Shown piece by piece: positions 1 through 13,385 of a stretch of DNA of 64,000 nt. Where the stretch lies: the NCBI GenBank assembly GCA_965645245.1, contig OZ287075.1, positions 310,001-374,000 of the forward strand. Reading direction: 5' to 3'. A program made the position numbers and the translations under genes. Each line of letters starts with the position of its first letter. Position 1 is the stretch's first letter. The notes below the pieces were generated by a model that did no database searches, was not told the DNA's origin, and saw only the letters and a list, made by a program, of their open reading frames with translations. Source of the DNA: Massalongia carnosa (lineage: Eukaryota).

Positions 1-113
1 AGAAGAAAGCCTAAATCATTGACACTGCTTCAATCCTCTCAGCAGTAAGCCTTCTTCATATCAGTCTGAATAAACCGGACCTTGATGAATTAAGTTTCCA
101 GGGTCCTCCTCTT

Positions 114-3100
114 GTGGAAAAGACATTGATTGTTTCAGCATCCACTGTTCAAAGCAGTGTCCCACAGGCCAACCCACAACCTTTCAAAAGTCAACCGATA
201 GACTTCCCCGATCATGAGTCTATGCAAGCCGGTTCTTCATATCAACACAATTCTGCACATATTCATGAGGAGCAAAAGCAGACTCAGAGCTCAGAACCAA
301 TAGCAATGACGCATAAGAAGAGAACCATAGAGAATCTCGATAAAATTCAATCATCGTCTAATCAAGTTCCTGAACAACACGTTCAAGACAATTTCCCAGC
401 CGATATAGAGACGGCATTCGATCAAAATAGTGATTATGAGCGGGAAACTGATGAAGAGTTTCAAAAGGTTAATACTCGACCTACTTCAATCGCTGATACA
501 TCGGTCTTTGCTGTCGGCTTAATTTCTTCAAATGCTATCATGACATTATCATCCAATCAACTCGCGGAATTTGATATAGAAAGCACAGACACCGCTGAGT
601 CTTTCAACGAGTTTGCCCCTTCTGCTTCTGAAAGCACGATTGATGATGATATCCGGGTGCCCTCCCGCCCAGTACGAGGAGAAATATCGGATTTCTGCTT
701 GGCTCTTGGTCTCTGGTGTGATAAAGAAGGCATCAAGCGACGCACCTATGATGGCCTGCTCGAAGTTTTGCAACTGTTAGACATTCATGAAGTGCGAAAT
801 TTGCCAAAGCGACTATCAACTTTGCACTCCTGGTGCCGTAAGCGCCTTCCCCTTCCATCCATTCAGAAGGCAGCGATATCAGTACGACGAGAAAAACAAC
901 CCACCGGAACACCAAGACCGGCTCAAGCGAACGTCTATTACTTTGATACTCGAACTGTCATCAGTATCTTACTTTCAGCCACGACTCAACGAAACATTCA
1001 TATCGGTATGGCAGAGATCGTTGATAGTCCTTCGGAATACTGGCACTCAAACAGTTGGGGTTCTTCTATTCGCACATGTTCCACTGATTTTGCGAGATTT
1101 CCCGATTCATCCCCTATTTTCCCCTCTGAAATTGTGCAGTATCGCTGTGGCAATGATAAATGTGGAATTATTCATGATAGTCACTGCGGACAGGTCATAT
1201 TTTTTGGACGTGATCAAAGATCGCGATCTCTGACCCTAGGTCAAACTCTTGTCAGGGTTCGTCCTTTGATAAGTAGAAAGAACGTCGACGAATATTCAGT
1301 TCCAGTCACGTTTGACTGGCCCGAAGATCAGTTGCTTTTGATAGAAGACGCGGATCAAGATGTCTTATCCGAGCATGTTCTAGCTCGCCGTTTCGATGTT
1401 GCAGTTTGTAGGGATGATCAGTTACGGTCTACAACGCTGTCTTAATTCGTCAGATATTCAACGTCACGCGAGGAGATCTTAGATCAATCAATCTTTCGTC
1501 ACCGATTCGAGCGGAATTAGAATTGGAGGTCTTTGGTCGAGAGTACCTAATCTCACAGCTAATTAAAGGAGTTCAGTCATATCCTCTAGTCATTTTCATC
1601 GACGATTTCGGGTTATATCGAAACATGTATCGTTCCATCACAGGTGTTTATGCCATGCCAGCAGGCTTGCCCGCCTCGGAACGTCAAAAGAGTTTTAATG
1701 CTTACACCATTGCTCTTGGCCCGCACGGATCCGAGTTTAACGATGTGATGAACTGTCTTCATACCAGTTTGGGAAACATGGATCGTGGTTGCATTCTTGA
1801 AATCAATGGACAGAAACAAGCGGCTTGGGCCCCGATTCTAGCATATCTTGGTGATATGAAGCAGCAGCAAGTCTCCGGAGGGTTTCTTGGGCCTCGTACC
1901 AACTATTGTTGTCGCTTTTGTGATGCGGGCCTTCATAATCGAGGAGATTTGCAGCGGGATATTCTACTTCATGGTCGTTATGATCATGAGGTGTTGGCTA
2001 TACGAAAAAAAGCCTAGCATAAAAGGAAAGACAAAGAGACTGGCATATCATATCTTACACGAAATGGGCTCAAATCCGAATCTTGTGCGCTTCAGACATT
2101 AACCCGGGCGCTTGATCTTATCATGAGTTGTCCACCGGATCCGGCTCATAGCGAGTATTACGGACTGGTACGAAGATTGTACCCTCTTCTTTACACGAAA
2201 ATACTCACGAAACGGGCCGCTGAAGAGTTTACAGCTGCCTTGCACTGTTTTCCGTTTCCACCTGCCTGGGGTCGAATACAGTCTCCGGCTATACATATGG
2301 CCTCATGAAGTATGAGCGAATGCGCTCGTGCCTCAGTCGTAATACCTCTACTTCTTCGCTGTTGGTTAAGAAACCATCATGTACGACAGCCTTTTCGAAA
2401 TGGATTAAAAATCCAGTTTCCTAAAGAATGTCGCCATTGCGCTTCAGATGAAGATTTGATAGTGTTTTGCTTTGGGAAACTCGCATGGAGTAACACGTTA
2501 ATCTCGTCTTTTGAGTTATCCCTTAAAGATCGTCAAGAATTTCACAGTCAAATCATCAATGCTCGACAATATTTTTAGGGCTGATGAATGCAGCACAAAA
2601 TCCAAAAGGACAAGGAAAGAAGAAAGACAACGAGAAAAGTGATTTTGTCACTGAAGAGTTGTCTTCCAGTTCTAGACGAGCATCGATTTCTGAAACATCC
2701 ATAAACTTCCTTGATGGTGACACGGACACTCCATTTGAAGAGGCGTCCGTTGATAATCTTGCATCAGATACCAACATGGGACTTTCTGCATCAATGACTG
2801 CTCGGAATGGCGAGGCCAATAAGCTGCCAAACTTTCATATCGGTATGCATTTCGAAAGAGTCATGCAGGAGTATGGTGTTCTGTGGAACGTTAATGTACT
2901 CTTTGGAGAAGACAAACATCGCTTTTTTAAGCAAGCTGTATTGTCAACAAATCATCGAAAGCCAGAGCGACAGCTTTTAGTGAAAGCCGCTATCCTCTTC
3001 ACTGTTGTCGCTCTTTTGAATGGCTCGTTTCGTCATACCGATCTGGAGATCACTCTGCAAATGATTCGTTTGAAGCGGAACTGCCCGGCTCTTCTTGAGA

Positions 3101-3750
3101 GTCTATTATTCCACGGGGATCGCTCACAAACAGACGATCAGGAGTCGACAAATACTTCTCTATTAGAATCTCCCTCATATCCAAAACCTGCAGTGCGGGG
3201 AAAGCTCAAACCTTCCTATGCACAAAATCAAGGTCTTCCTATCAGAATAACCAACTCTACAGAGCTCCGATTTAGGCAACTGATGCAGACTGCTATGATC
3301 GAGTATGGCCTTAACTGCGTCTAATGGGGAAACAAGCCTTTGTACTGGTATGAAAAATGCTCCTTTACTGTCAGGTCAACCGGCAAACCTTTCTCATTGC
3401 ATATTGGCGACTTTCTTCGAATCCGCTCTGGCACATATGCTCAGCTTCGACAAATTTATACTCACTGTCTACCATTTGAGGATATTCACCGAGTGTTCCT
3501 TTGGATTCGACTGCTAGAGACCGCTTCCTATAAAGACGAGGTCCTAAATTTAAGCATCTTTCAACTGATAAACACGGATAGAATAATCCCGTTATTCTTT
3601 GTTGATCCAGATAAGATCTACATTGTTCCTATCAATCGTACACTCAATGAGCCAGTATCCTCACATACTATGCCGACCATAAGTTCAAGCAGTAACAAAG
3701 AATCAGACATGGATTTGTTACATTGTACATGGGGAATCAACTTTTTGTAA
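114..3750 (+). pseudogene. Disrupted CACTA/EnSpm-Plavaka-like DDE transposase (5' end may lie upstream of the window)
   Basis: Consecutive + ORFs (114-1445, 1523-2017, 2123-2308, 2312-2578, 2584-3324, 3340-3750) join into one protein with motifs in CMC/Plavaka order: IFIDDFG; LGDMKQQQ..G..G...YCCRFC; PDPAH; PNFHIGMHF..MQEYG......FGEDKHRFFK; then a C-terminal beta-rich (BAH-like) segment. Breaks: frameshifts near 1440, 2015, 2090 and 2578; TGA at 2306-2308; TAA at 3322-3324. Confidence 0.7.
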
Positions 3751-4092
3751 GAAAAATCGTCATGACGACTGAACTGATGTCGCGTGAATTTAGGACAACA
3801 CTTTCGCTACTAGCCTCAAACATCATGTTGATCTTCATTTCACTTTATCTACCCTTTTTCATCTTTACCTTTTTATCCATCTTTACCTTTTTTCTCATCT
3901 TTATCTTTCTTCCCATCCGTCATTGATTTGTTCTTTCAATCCTATTGCTCATTCCTTCTTAATCTGAGTACTACTATCGATCTCTTCTCGATCATCAGTT
4001 CTTAAACTGGTATGATCGTCTGACTTGATTTTGAGATACAACCTCATCTCACATTGCATTATCACAGATTTCAGCCTCTACTTATCCGCATC

Positions 4093-7000
4093 ATGGAAGA
4101 AAATGTTTATTCCTCATAATATCTTCATCTAAAGCTTTTAACTTACCTTTTTTCAGGCGATCCCGATCACGCCTAGAAAAACGAGGAGAGCGGTAAAGAA
4201 GGATATAGATAAAAAGATGACAAATGAGATCTTGGACACTCATGCCAAGTTTTTCAAGAATGAACCAAAGACAGCCGCTTATTTAGGATACAGCGATGTC
4301 GCCGAATATAGGAAGTTTCGGTTCAGGAGTGTTGTACTGGAATGGTATATTCCATATCATCAAACTGCCAACAGAGAAGTGTCAAAACTTCTCTGGCGCT
4401 TCTTCGAGATCTTCCTGACCTGTCAGATGCTTTTCCAGCTGACTTAGGTCAGCTTCTTTCAAAATATCCTATTACAGATCAGGATGATAGGGCCAACAGG
4501 CGTCAAAACAATGATAGCAGGGACTATCTATATGCCGCCATACTTTTTCGACTCGCAGAAGCCATTGATGAGGTTTCGTCTACTGGATCTTATGATGTTG
4601 AAAGACACAGAGTGGCTTCAAACCGATTTGAAAAAATTATAAGTTTGAACATACCAAATATCAAGATTCCCGCGTTCAACGACACTGTCATACAGTATCC
4701 TAAACTGGGTCCCTTGCAAAATTTCAAAGAAGACGAGTTAGAAAGGTATAGCCGAACCAACTCAATTTTGAAGTCTCTGCAATGTGTCCTCGCGGCAACA
4801 AAGTGGAGGGAAACATTCGTCAATTCAACGCAACGCTCGGAAATGCTTCTATATCATGAAAACTTTGATATTTTTACCGAAGAAGGTCTGCTACGCTGGC
4901 AACATCATGTACTGGACAAAGTCTGCGGTCAGATGCCGAAGGCTTTGAAGGATAATAGTATCTTGAAGCTTAATAAAAAGGTGCGAGAAGAGCTACAACA
5001 AGCTCAAACTGATAGCGAGACCGCGCTTCTCTCAGCTGAGGTATTTATTCAATCTCATATCAGTTTGAAGTTGTCTCTAACATGTCTTGAAAAGCCCGAT
5101 TCCGTTCATGATCTCAAACGATATTTCGACATTCAAAACGCCTTTACAGGCAGCGCAGCACAGACCGGTCCACCTATTGCTATCTGCAAGATAATACTCG
5201 GCATGAAGTTCATTTCGAAGCACGGTCAAGCACAGCTGCTTGACAGAAGTGTTTGTACCCTCATCGGAGACTGCAAAGTCTCCTTTCTTGACAGTCAAAT
5301 AAATGGAGCAGTTTTCATGCTACAGCGATCATGTGGGAGAATACCTATCGACTCGGAACGCGTCAATGATCCCGAACTGGCCAAGGCAGCAAAAAAACTA
5401 GAGAGTATTCAAACATTTTGTGGAATAGTTGTTGACACAATGGGGTTTGGAAAAACCTATACAGCATTACTCTTTCTGGCGTATTACGCGCGATGCATGA
5501 CAGAGAGAGACGTGAACATCATAGCTGCGCATCGACCGGCACTCTGCATTGCTCCGAGTGGAATTGTCTTGCATCAATGGCAAGAAGAAATTATACAGTT
5601 CCCAACCCTTACACTAGTAATCGCACATGGAGACAGACCTATTAACGCTAATTTTGCTATCAATTGGGTTTCAGCAACAGCAATGCGTGAAGCTCCTAGA
5701 AAGCTGACGAATTGGCCTCCTCATTTGCGGTACATTTTTTATCAAAGCAATCCAACCGCTTCACAGGTCGTAATACTTTCGTCTTACGATACTTTTGCGA
5801 GCCGAACTCTTTCTGTACATACGAAATTGAGCAAAAGTGGAAGAGAAAAGAAAACCTTTAATTCTAAATGGACCGGAGTATATATGGACCAGTTCTTTTA
5901 GATGAGGGCCACACATTGCGACATCCTGACACCAAGATCTTTGCCAGTATCAAGCAGCTCGAGGCTGAGGTACACTGGTTTTTGACCGCTACACCCGTCA
6001 TCAACGATTCATTGGTAATGTTTTCATATTGATATGAAAAGGGCTGATGATCTCTAACGAGTCTGTTAGGACATACTCGGACCTTTATTAATCTTATGGC
6101 CACGGGTAAAACAAGACATACTGATGAATCTGACTTCGAGTGAATGGCTGATGCAGCACGCGGCGGAGTCCTATCATAGCTTTGAAGCGATTCAGTCGTT
6201 GTCCGAAACGGATTCTAAACGACGTATCGTCATGGATCCTAAGAGGCATGCACAATTGAATCTCGACCTCTTTTTCGTCATTTATTAACTGTCATACAGA
6301 ATCGAAGCTTTGTTGCTCACTCAAGATGTGCAGCTTATTGCAAAACATTATCACTACATGGACGAGCTGATAATGATTCGCCGCTCCACTGCCTCCATCC
6401 TGAAGGTCAATGATCATGAAACTGTTTCTATGCGCTCCATGATCCTAAGCCACGAAGTTAGAACCGTTGAGCTCACTTATCAAGAAGAAAAAGCAGCGGA
6501 GTCCCAATGTGTACATAGAGCTCACGCTCGGTTAGCTTATTCTTCATATCGATATGAATCTGAGAAGCAAATAAAAGCTAATGTATGGATGCAGGGAATT
6601 TGTTCTAGCCATAAAAGATTGGAAGGGCAAGAAGACGGAGAAGCCACAAATTACAGCTATCAAGAAAGCTGGAGCCGATAATTTTCCACACATCATAGCA
6701 CCATTACGACATTTAACTCTCGCCAGTGCCTCCCTTCTTCTCAGTAGACTCGACCGCATGCTTCGAAAAATAGGCCATAACACCTTGGTCAACGATATCA
6801 ACCGATTTCGAGCAAAAGGCGTGACTGCTCATCATATCATTAATCTTGTGAAACGAGAAGGAGACTCTGATGTTACTACTGGTTCGGAAAAACTCAAATT
6901 TCTGACCTACGGTTCTCCCACCATGAAGTCCATACTATATCAAATTCATACTTATGTATTACCTCATATCGTTACGGAAAAGCCACGGAAGCTATTGATT

Positions 7001-8545
7001 ACAGAAGATGTAGCACTCAAGGCCTTTTTCTGGGATAGCGTGTGTAATTTTGCATACGTGGAGACCGAAGTGTTACACGCTGGATTGACGGATTTAGAGC
7101 GCGTGAATCTTGTTAAAAGATTCAGCGATCCTAAAGATTCCTTACTGATTTTGATAATAATGTATCAGGTGTCGGCACAAGGAGTAAATCTGGATAGATG
7201 TTGTTGTCGGGTTTTAGTGGCAACGCCAGCAATCAATACACCGTCAGAAATTCAAGCTTGGTCTCGAGTAATCCGGGTATGTTATCTGAAAAGAGCGTGA
7301 CCTTTCTTCGTACCGATACGAAAGTCTAATCGTTGCATTTTCATGCAGGTTTCTCAAACCGAACCCGTGTTGGTTGTTCGAGTTGTAACAAAGAATTCTC
7401 ATGATCAATATCGAGACTCCAAGCAAACAGACAAGGCCGTGGTGGACTTAGCCACTCGATCCTTCTCGTCAGAGGTGCAGAACCTACTAGTTGACTTGTT
7501 AAATGAGTCAAACAAATACGTAAAAGAGGCACACGAGAGTCAGAGAGGACACGAGATTCTGAAAGGAAAAGAATTTTCTTCCCACAGAGGATTCAAATAA
7601 CTCGATGAATGTCGAGTTTGACGAGGAGACCGGCGGTAGATTAGCTATCACGGTGCAAGATCCATTGGATCTTGATCTCGATACAGTCACGAATCCTACA
7701 CGCCGAAAACGTCTGAGACCTGACAGATTCGCGGATACAATGCTGCAAGATGATGTTTATCAAGAGTATGGTCAAGGTAAGCGCCGTAAGTTGAAGGGCA
7801 AAGCATCCATGAATGAAGATGTGGACGAAGAATTTTCAGCTCAGTTTGAGGAAGACTCGTCATTTAAGGACAGTGAGAACGAAGAGGAGAAGGATGACGA
7901 GGAATCCGAGGTGACATCGGATGATAGTGATGATGCTTTTCAAAGTGATGGAGACGGAGATGAGATAACTGCCTTGAAAGATATTGTTTTGGAGACGACA
8001 ACGACCAAGAAGTTGAGACAAAATTACAGCAAACTAACTTCCATCGAGCAGGAGCAATACAATCAAGATGAAATGAACTTACGATACTTGTTGAGCTTGT
8101 CACCGACAAGAATCTACACTGTCGAGGACTTGGACCACATCGAAGTACTTGATCGAGCGTTGAGGCTGCTCTTTCATGCTCGGTTCGGTCAAGATCAGCA
8201 ATATATGAGGATTAGTCCTCACGTCACTTACGATAAATTACCAAGCAAAGTGTCAAATGCCATCAAAGCCAAATTACGGGTGGAGGAACAACATGTCAAG
8301 CAATGTTTGAGCATACTCAATGCTGCTAGAGTTTTGTAAGAGTTCTTCCCATTCTGCTGACGATGATGATGCAACTACAGCTAACAGACGATAGAGAACC
8401 TAGAGTCATGCCAAAGCAGGCTTTATTGGAGAAGGCCGTTTCCGAGAAGGACGCCTCCGAGAAGGACGCCCCCGAGAAGGCAGTCTTAGAAGTCTCCTCT
8501 GGAATCTCCTCAGGCGAGAAGGGTTTGTCAGGTCAGAACAGCTGA
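4093..8545 (+). pseudogene. Disrupted SNF2-family (SF2) ATPase/helicase with an acidic C-terminal region
   Basis: Motif I VVDTMGFGKT; Ia CIAPSGIVLHQWQEEI; SSYDTF; motif II LLDEGH (DEGH at 5901-5912, reached through a frameshift near 5880); motif III WFLTATPVIN; motifs V/VI SAQGVNL...EIQAWSRVIR. Likely ATG at 4093 followed by an intron. Several introns, another frameshift near 4380. The 3' end is uncertain (8339 or 8545). Confidence 0.8.
8429..8488 (+). repeat. Four imperfect 15-bp tandem repeats (EKAVS/EKDAS/EKDAP/EKAVL)
   Basis: gagaaggccgtttcc, gagaaggacgcctcc, gagaaggacgccccc, gagaaggcagtctta read directly. Confidence 0.85.
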
Positions 8546-9561
8546 GTTTTGCTGACACTCTCCATCATAAATGGTGATTGATCTCTCGCATTCAAACTTG
8601 GATGAAAGGACCGAGACTAATTTATTTGTTGCGTTAGGCTACCCTATCTTCTACATAGGCACTTGGTACGTTATGTTCTCTGTGCATATTGCAATTCAAG
8701 CTAACAGTCTTATTCTTCAGATCCTCAAGGCACGTCTCTTGTCTGCCTTGTTTCATCAGTTTCATACATGTTGTGAGAGGAGGTACGGGAAGGACTCGAT
8801 GGAGTGATTCAAGACTAGATCGTGCGAGACAGCAACGAGAACGAGAAACATGGCATGAGGATGATAACATTCATAGAGCTGTAGATTAGAAGCTGTCACT
8901 AAATCAATAACTTGTTTCTCTAACCATCAACTGGGCGAATACAACTCAGCTGTAACGAGGTTGCATGAACGTGATATCTCTTTTATAAGATTGTTTTCTG
9001 ATCGTTTTATCCGGAACACGATCTTGAAGGTCTTGAGATCTTGCCAAAACTGAGACGATCTCCAAATCATTGCCAGATGCTTTTTTACTGCAAGCACTGT
9101 TCATACCAATATGAATGTTCACTAAGATATATCCTCTTCAAGACTATAATATTTTCAAAATGATTTCAGACTCTATATTATCCGCAGATATTTCTCATCA
9201 GACACAAGCAGAATTTTAAGCTATCTTACACGTGTAGGACAATGTTGAGTCATCTCAATCAGGAAAGCGCTCAAAAAAACATTCAAACCGGGAACCTGCC
9301 GGTGTACCCATTTTAGCGAAGACATGTCCGGGATCTTGAGACTATTCCATGACCATGTCCGAAAACCCCCAACCGCCCTTAAGGTAATCTGTCGTTTCAA
9401 GTTCCTGATCATTTATCCTTTCGCTTTCTTGAAGTTGGCACATTTTACCTTCTAGATATCCCGATCAAGATTTTTACCGCAGGTTTGATCTCATCATCGA
9501 CTCAAAGGCTCACGCCTGGAGGGTTATGGAATATTGGCACTATTTTCAAAGATTAGCGATT

Positions 9562-10796
9562 CTACTGATGGTTGAAATGATATCCATATGCTAACATTCT
9601 GTATACAACCATCGGATAATACTCTAGCATGAGAGGAGGCTTCTCTTTTCTAGTGACCTCGAAATGGGTAGGAAACTGCGCAACTCTTTCATGGACTCGC
9701 TGTAGGTTCGTGGTAGTGTATCGTGGCCTGGAAAATATTATGTAAATCAATGCTACCCAATTTCCGTCACGCCGTAGGAGCAAGTACTCGCTGTTGAACT
9801 CAGCCACACATCCCGGGATATGCACACGAAATATCCAGCTTCTCGGAGAATTTTCATGGAAATTGCAATAAGACCCAGGTCACCGCTGGAAGACAGCAAG
9901 CCCAGCGCGGAGAAACTATCATTAGTGCTAGCTCGAAGTCGCGACTCCCACACACTCAATCAATCTTTTCATCCGCTTGGTATGTATGCCTTGATACTTT
10001 GAAATTTTGATGATGTATGAGCAGGCGATGGATCAGCCATGAGTCATCCTAGTTATTACGCCTCCTGAGCATGTAATTTCGTTTCTTCCAAGCGGAATTA
10101 AAGCAATACGGGGCAGAATAAGCCATGGTAGAAAGAAGCATACTTTGCATTAATTTTTGTATCAGATCGTAGTGAACTCACTGGCCCAAAGGGTGCAACA
10201 CCACTAACATCAAGCATTTTGATGCCGTGAGGGATTTCCTCTAAGGGAATTTGTGCAACTCGAAATTGAGCTTGTACCTCCGTACTCCTTGGGGATTGGT
10301 TGGGGAGAACCCAAGTAATCCGATCAAGGTTAACGATCCACTTTTGTGCCTTTGCATGCAAGGCGACTAAATGAGAGCGAGCTTATTTCTCTTCGAAGTT
10401 CTTGTCGCAGGTGGATGCCAAAGACCTGAACCAGGGCTTTACTACTCTATATTCTGTACATCAATTCGCATTAGGTACGGAGTACAGAGTACATTGAGGT
10501 TCAGACTTTGCGTTCGCATCATTTGGAAAGATTGTTCATTGGACTACAAGGCACGTCGGGTATGGCCGAGGAGTACTCGATACATCCGCATCAAATGGGG
10601 AGAAGGAGTTTAACGGTAACTTCGTGCGGAGACCAGCATTTTTGAATGTATAGGTTGATGCGATCATTAGCCGTTCATTCATTCCTTTCGCAGCATCAGC
10701 CTTGGCGAAAGAGATGAGTTGTGCATCGTACGATGCAAACTCGAATGGATGAAATCTAGGGGTGTCATGCAAGTCGTCCAGTAAGGAATCATCCAA
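9562..10796 (-). CDS. Possible multi-exon hypothetical gene or gene relic
   Basis: Three protein-like minus-strand ORFs (10536-10796, 10098-10361, 9562-9825); no motif recognised and splicing not resolved. Confidence 0.3.
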
Positions 10797-11688
10797 AGTG
10801 GGTTAACCTCACGGGTGGCTTGAACCCGGGTATGTTCGTGCTCGATGCCGTGACCATCTCCTTATCCATCCGTTCTTTTTGGTGCATTGCTCTGAATGTC
10901 AATCTCCTAGCCTCATGCAGTCTAAGCTCTCTTTTATGATGGCTTTGGGTCGCTTCCGACTGGCGCGTCTAGGAAAACCCGCATAAAAGAAAAAAAGAAA
11001 CAACGAAAGCAATCCTTCTATTTCGGCCACCAAACTTAGATAGGCTGGTTTGTTGTTTTTCTGTTTTCTGTTATTCTTCATTATATATTTTTAAAATATC
11101 AAGAAACTCCTTTGAATCAACAGACTTTGACTAGGAGCAAGTCTTACAGGGGATAGACCACGAAATAATTACATATGGGGACCATCCATGGCTCGTTACC
11201 GACCGCCTATCCTCTACTGACATGCATAACTATGCAGGTCAGGGACAGGCCCTCAGTAGTTTTTTGCGCAGAATTCGAGTCATCTTGCTTTCTTGTCTTG
11301 AGGGTGTAAACGGAATTACCACTTTGGAAAACTGAAGGTGTTCAGCCAAATGATGAAGTTTACAAATCTGCACGAGATTATGCAGCCCGAGTCGCCCGAC
11401 ATGGGAAGCACAGCTTTGGTTGACCCTCGAACCCCTTCACCTCTGGAGATGGCAGATACGTGCAGGTGTTACAAAGATCAGCTACCGATATGATGCATTA
11501 GATGCGGGACCGATGAACTCTGATATATGTAGTGCTAAAGCACGGACAGGTCTCGATGTCTGACGTCTTTGGCCTAACAATGGTATGTTCTCCTCAGAAT
11601 CCTAATCGAACTCCAAGCATCGTTCATTGCTATCACGGGTAGGGGCAGCTAGCTGCTCTGGTGTTTCTCTTCCTCCTGGATAGCGACC

Positions 11689-12998
11689 ATGACGTTGTTC
11701 CACCGAACAGCCAACCGGATCGAAAAAAATGGACAAATACAGCCTCTCGTTGTTGCAGTGGTCTTTCCTGCCCTCGCGACTGTTGCAATCGCTTTGCGGC
11801 TGATATCGAAACGAATGATCAAGGCCAGTCTTAGCATGGACGACTATATGATTCTTGCCGCTTTGGTACAATGTGATATCAGATCCTCTAGATGGTATCG
11901 GCGTTGATTGCTTCATAGTTTTTCATCTACTCGTTAATGGCCTGCAATATACTAGGTAAGCCCAATTTCGCCATGGAAATTAGGTGAGATCTGATTACAT
12001 AGGTGTTGTTGTTGGCGGTGTCGGGCTTCATCTGATGGATCTCCCAGATCGGAATCAGATTGTAATATTCTCCAAGGTCAGCGTGGTCCCCGAGACTTTT
12101 CTGCATTACATCGGTTATCAGAATCTCAACTAACTCGAATCCAGACATTAGTGGCTGTCCAACTCTGCTGGACATTCTCCCTCATGTTTGTCAAGTTCTC
12201 CCTGCTTTTCTTCTACATTCGAATTTTCAGCATTCGGTCGTTTCGAGTCAGCGCCTACGTCGTCATGGGCATCGTCTCGTGCTGGGCAGCGAGCGTGGTT
12301 CTCGAAACATTTCTCCTCTGCCGCCCCTTTAAATCTAACTGGGAATTTACCATCCATCATGTCTGCGGGAACAGAATCGCCAGTTACATAGCAGCGGGCG
12401 GGCTGAATCTGGTCACGGACCTGATGGTTCTCTCTCTCCCGGTGCCCAAGGTCTGGTCGCTACAGATCCCCCGAAGAAACAAAGTGATCCTACTCGGCGT
12501 TTTCGGGGTCGGGTTGTTGTAAGAATTAAGACCCGCTCTCTCATCCCCCATTGGCACTAACCCCCTTGCAGCGTCTGCGTGATCAGCATCCTCCGCCTCG
12601 TCTCCCTCCTCACCCTCACCTACGCCGACATTACCTTTTCCGTTCCCACGGCTCTCCTCTGGTCCATGCTCGAGCCCTGCATCGGCTGCACCTGTGCCTG
12701 CATCCCCCTCATGCGGCCCGTCTTCGGCGCCATCTTCCCTGACCGCCTCAGCAAGGCGCGCAAGTCCTACGGCTACATCCCCGAGCGCAAACAGGCCTCG
12801 GCCCGCTCCGACTCCTACCCGCTCACCAGCCGCACCGCCGCCTCCGCCAACGAGATCAGCATCCATGGCGGAAAAGGCGACGAGAGCAGGAGGGATTCGA
12901 TGGGGGCCGCGGGCGCTGCGGAGACGAGGGAGGAGCTGAGCGAGAGGGCGTTGGAAGGCATTAGCGTCAAGAAGGAGTTTCGCATCCAGCATTGCTGA
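11689..12998 (+). CDS. Pth11-like (fungal rhodopsin-domain) multi-pass membrane protein, no CFEM domain
   Basis: Five exons splice in frame. Motifs: VAIALRLISKR..SMDDYMIL, VKFSLLFFYIRIF, FLLCRPF...W, NLVTDLMVLSLPVPKVWSLQ, SILRL, WSMLEPCIGCTCACIPLMRP. Confidence 0.9.
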
Positions 12999-13354
12999 GA
13001 AGGCCTGGGTGGTTGGGTTGGAGTAGCCATCGAGCCCGTGGCTATGGGGTTTTCTACAAAAGCAAAAGGTAGCCTGAGTAGCGAGCGATCACCTCCGGGC
13101 GTCTAGAGGTACCGGTGTTAATACATAGGGGGCTAGCGCCGATAATTATATAACTCACAATCTGCTTAATCACGAACGACGTTTATGAATTCTTCCAATC
13201 CCCGAACCACATTGGTAGCCTTGGTACCACACGTTCCTCGTTGTTCCCTAGCACGGTCGTTTCGTTCTTTCGTTTGTCTGCATACTTTATCGTCATGGTT
13301 TTGGTTGATACGAGACCCGCGCCACTTTTTACTAAGTAAGCTTTTCTTCCTGGG

Positions 13355-13384
<30 letters not shown>
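13355..13384 (+). repeat. (TATG)n microsatellite
   Basis: About 7 tandem tatg units. Confidence 0.9.

Positions 13385-13385
<1 letters not shown>

Larger units (their letters stand above)
1..8900 (+). mobile_element. Putative large DNA transposon relic (transposase + SNF2 ATPase); termini not located
   Basis: Two adjacent co-oriented genes about 340 bp apart, both decayed, unlike the intact host genes further right. No TIR or TSD identified. Confidence 0.5.

Noticed and set aside
8429..8488. EKxxx repeats as a RiPP precursor for the DUF3328 gene
   Set aside because: No signal peptide or KR sites, 9 kb away, and most likely the tail of the SNF2 gene.
9000..9500. Short gatcttg and catgtccg repeats as the subterminal region of the large element
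   Set aside because: Too short and too few; no TIR can be paired because the left end is outside the window.
10800..10840. B-box-like gggttcaagcc on the minus strand (also gttcgaattcc near 26183) as tRNA genes
   Set aside because: No cloverleaf or properly spaced A-box.
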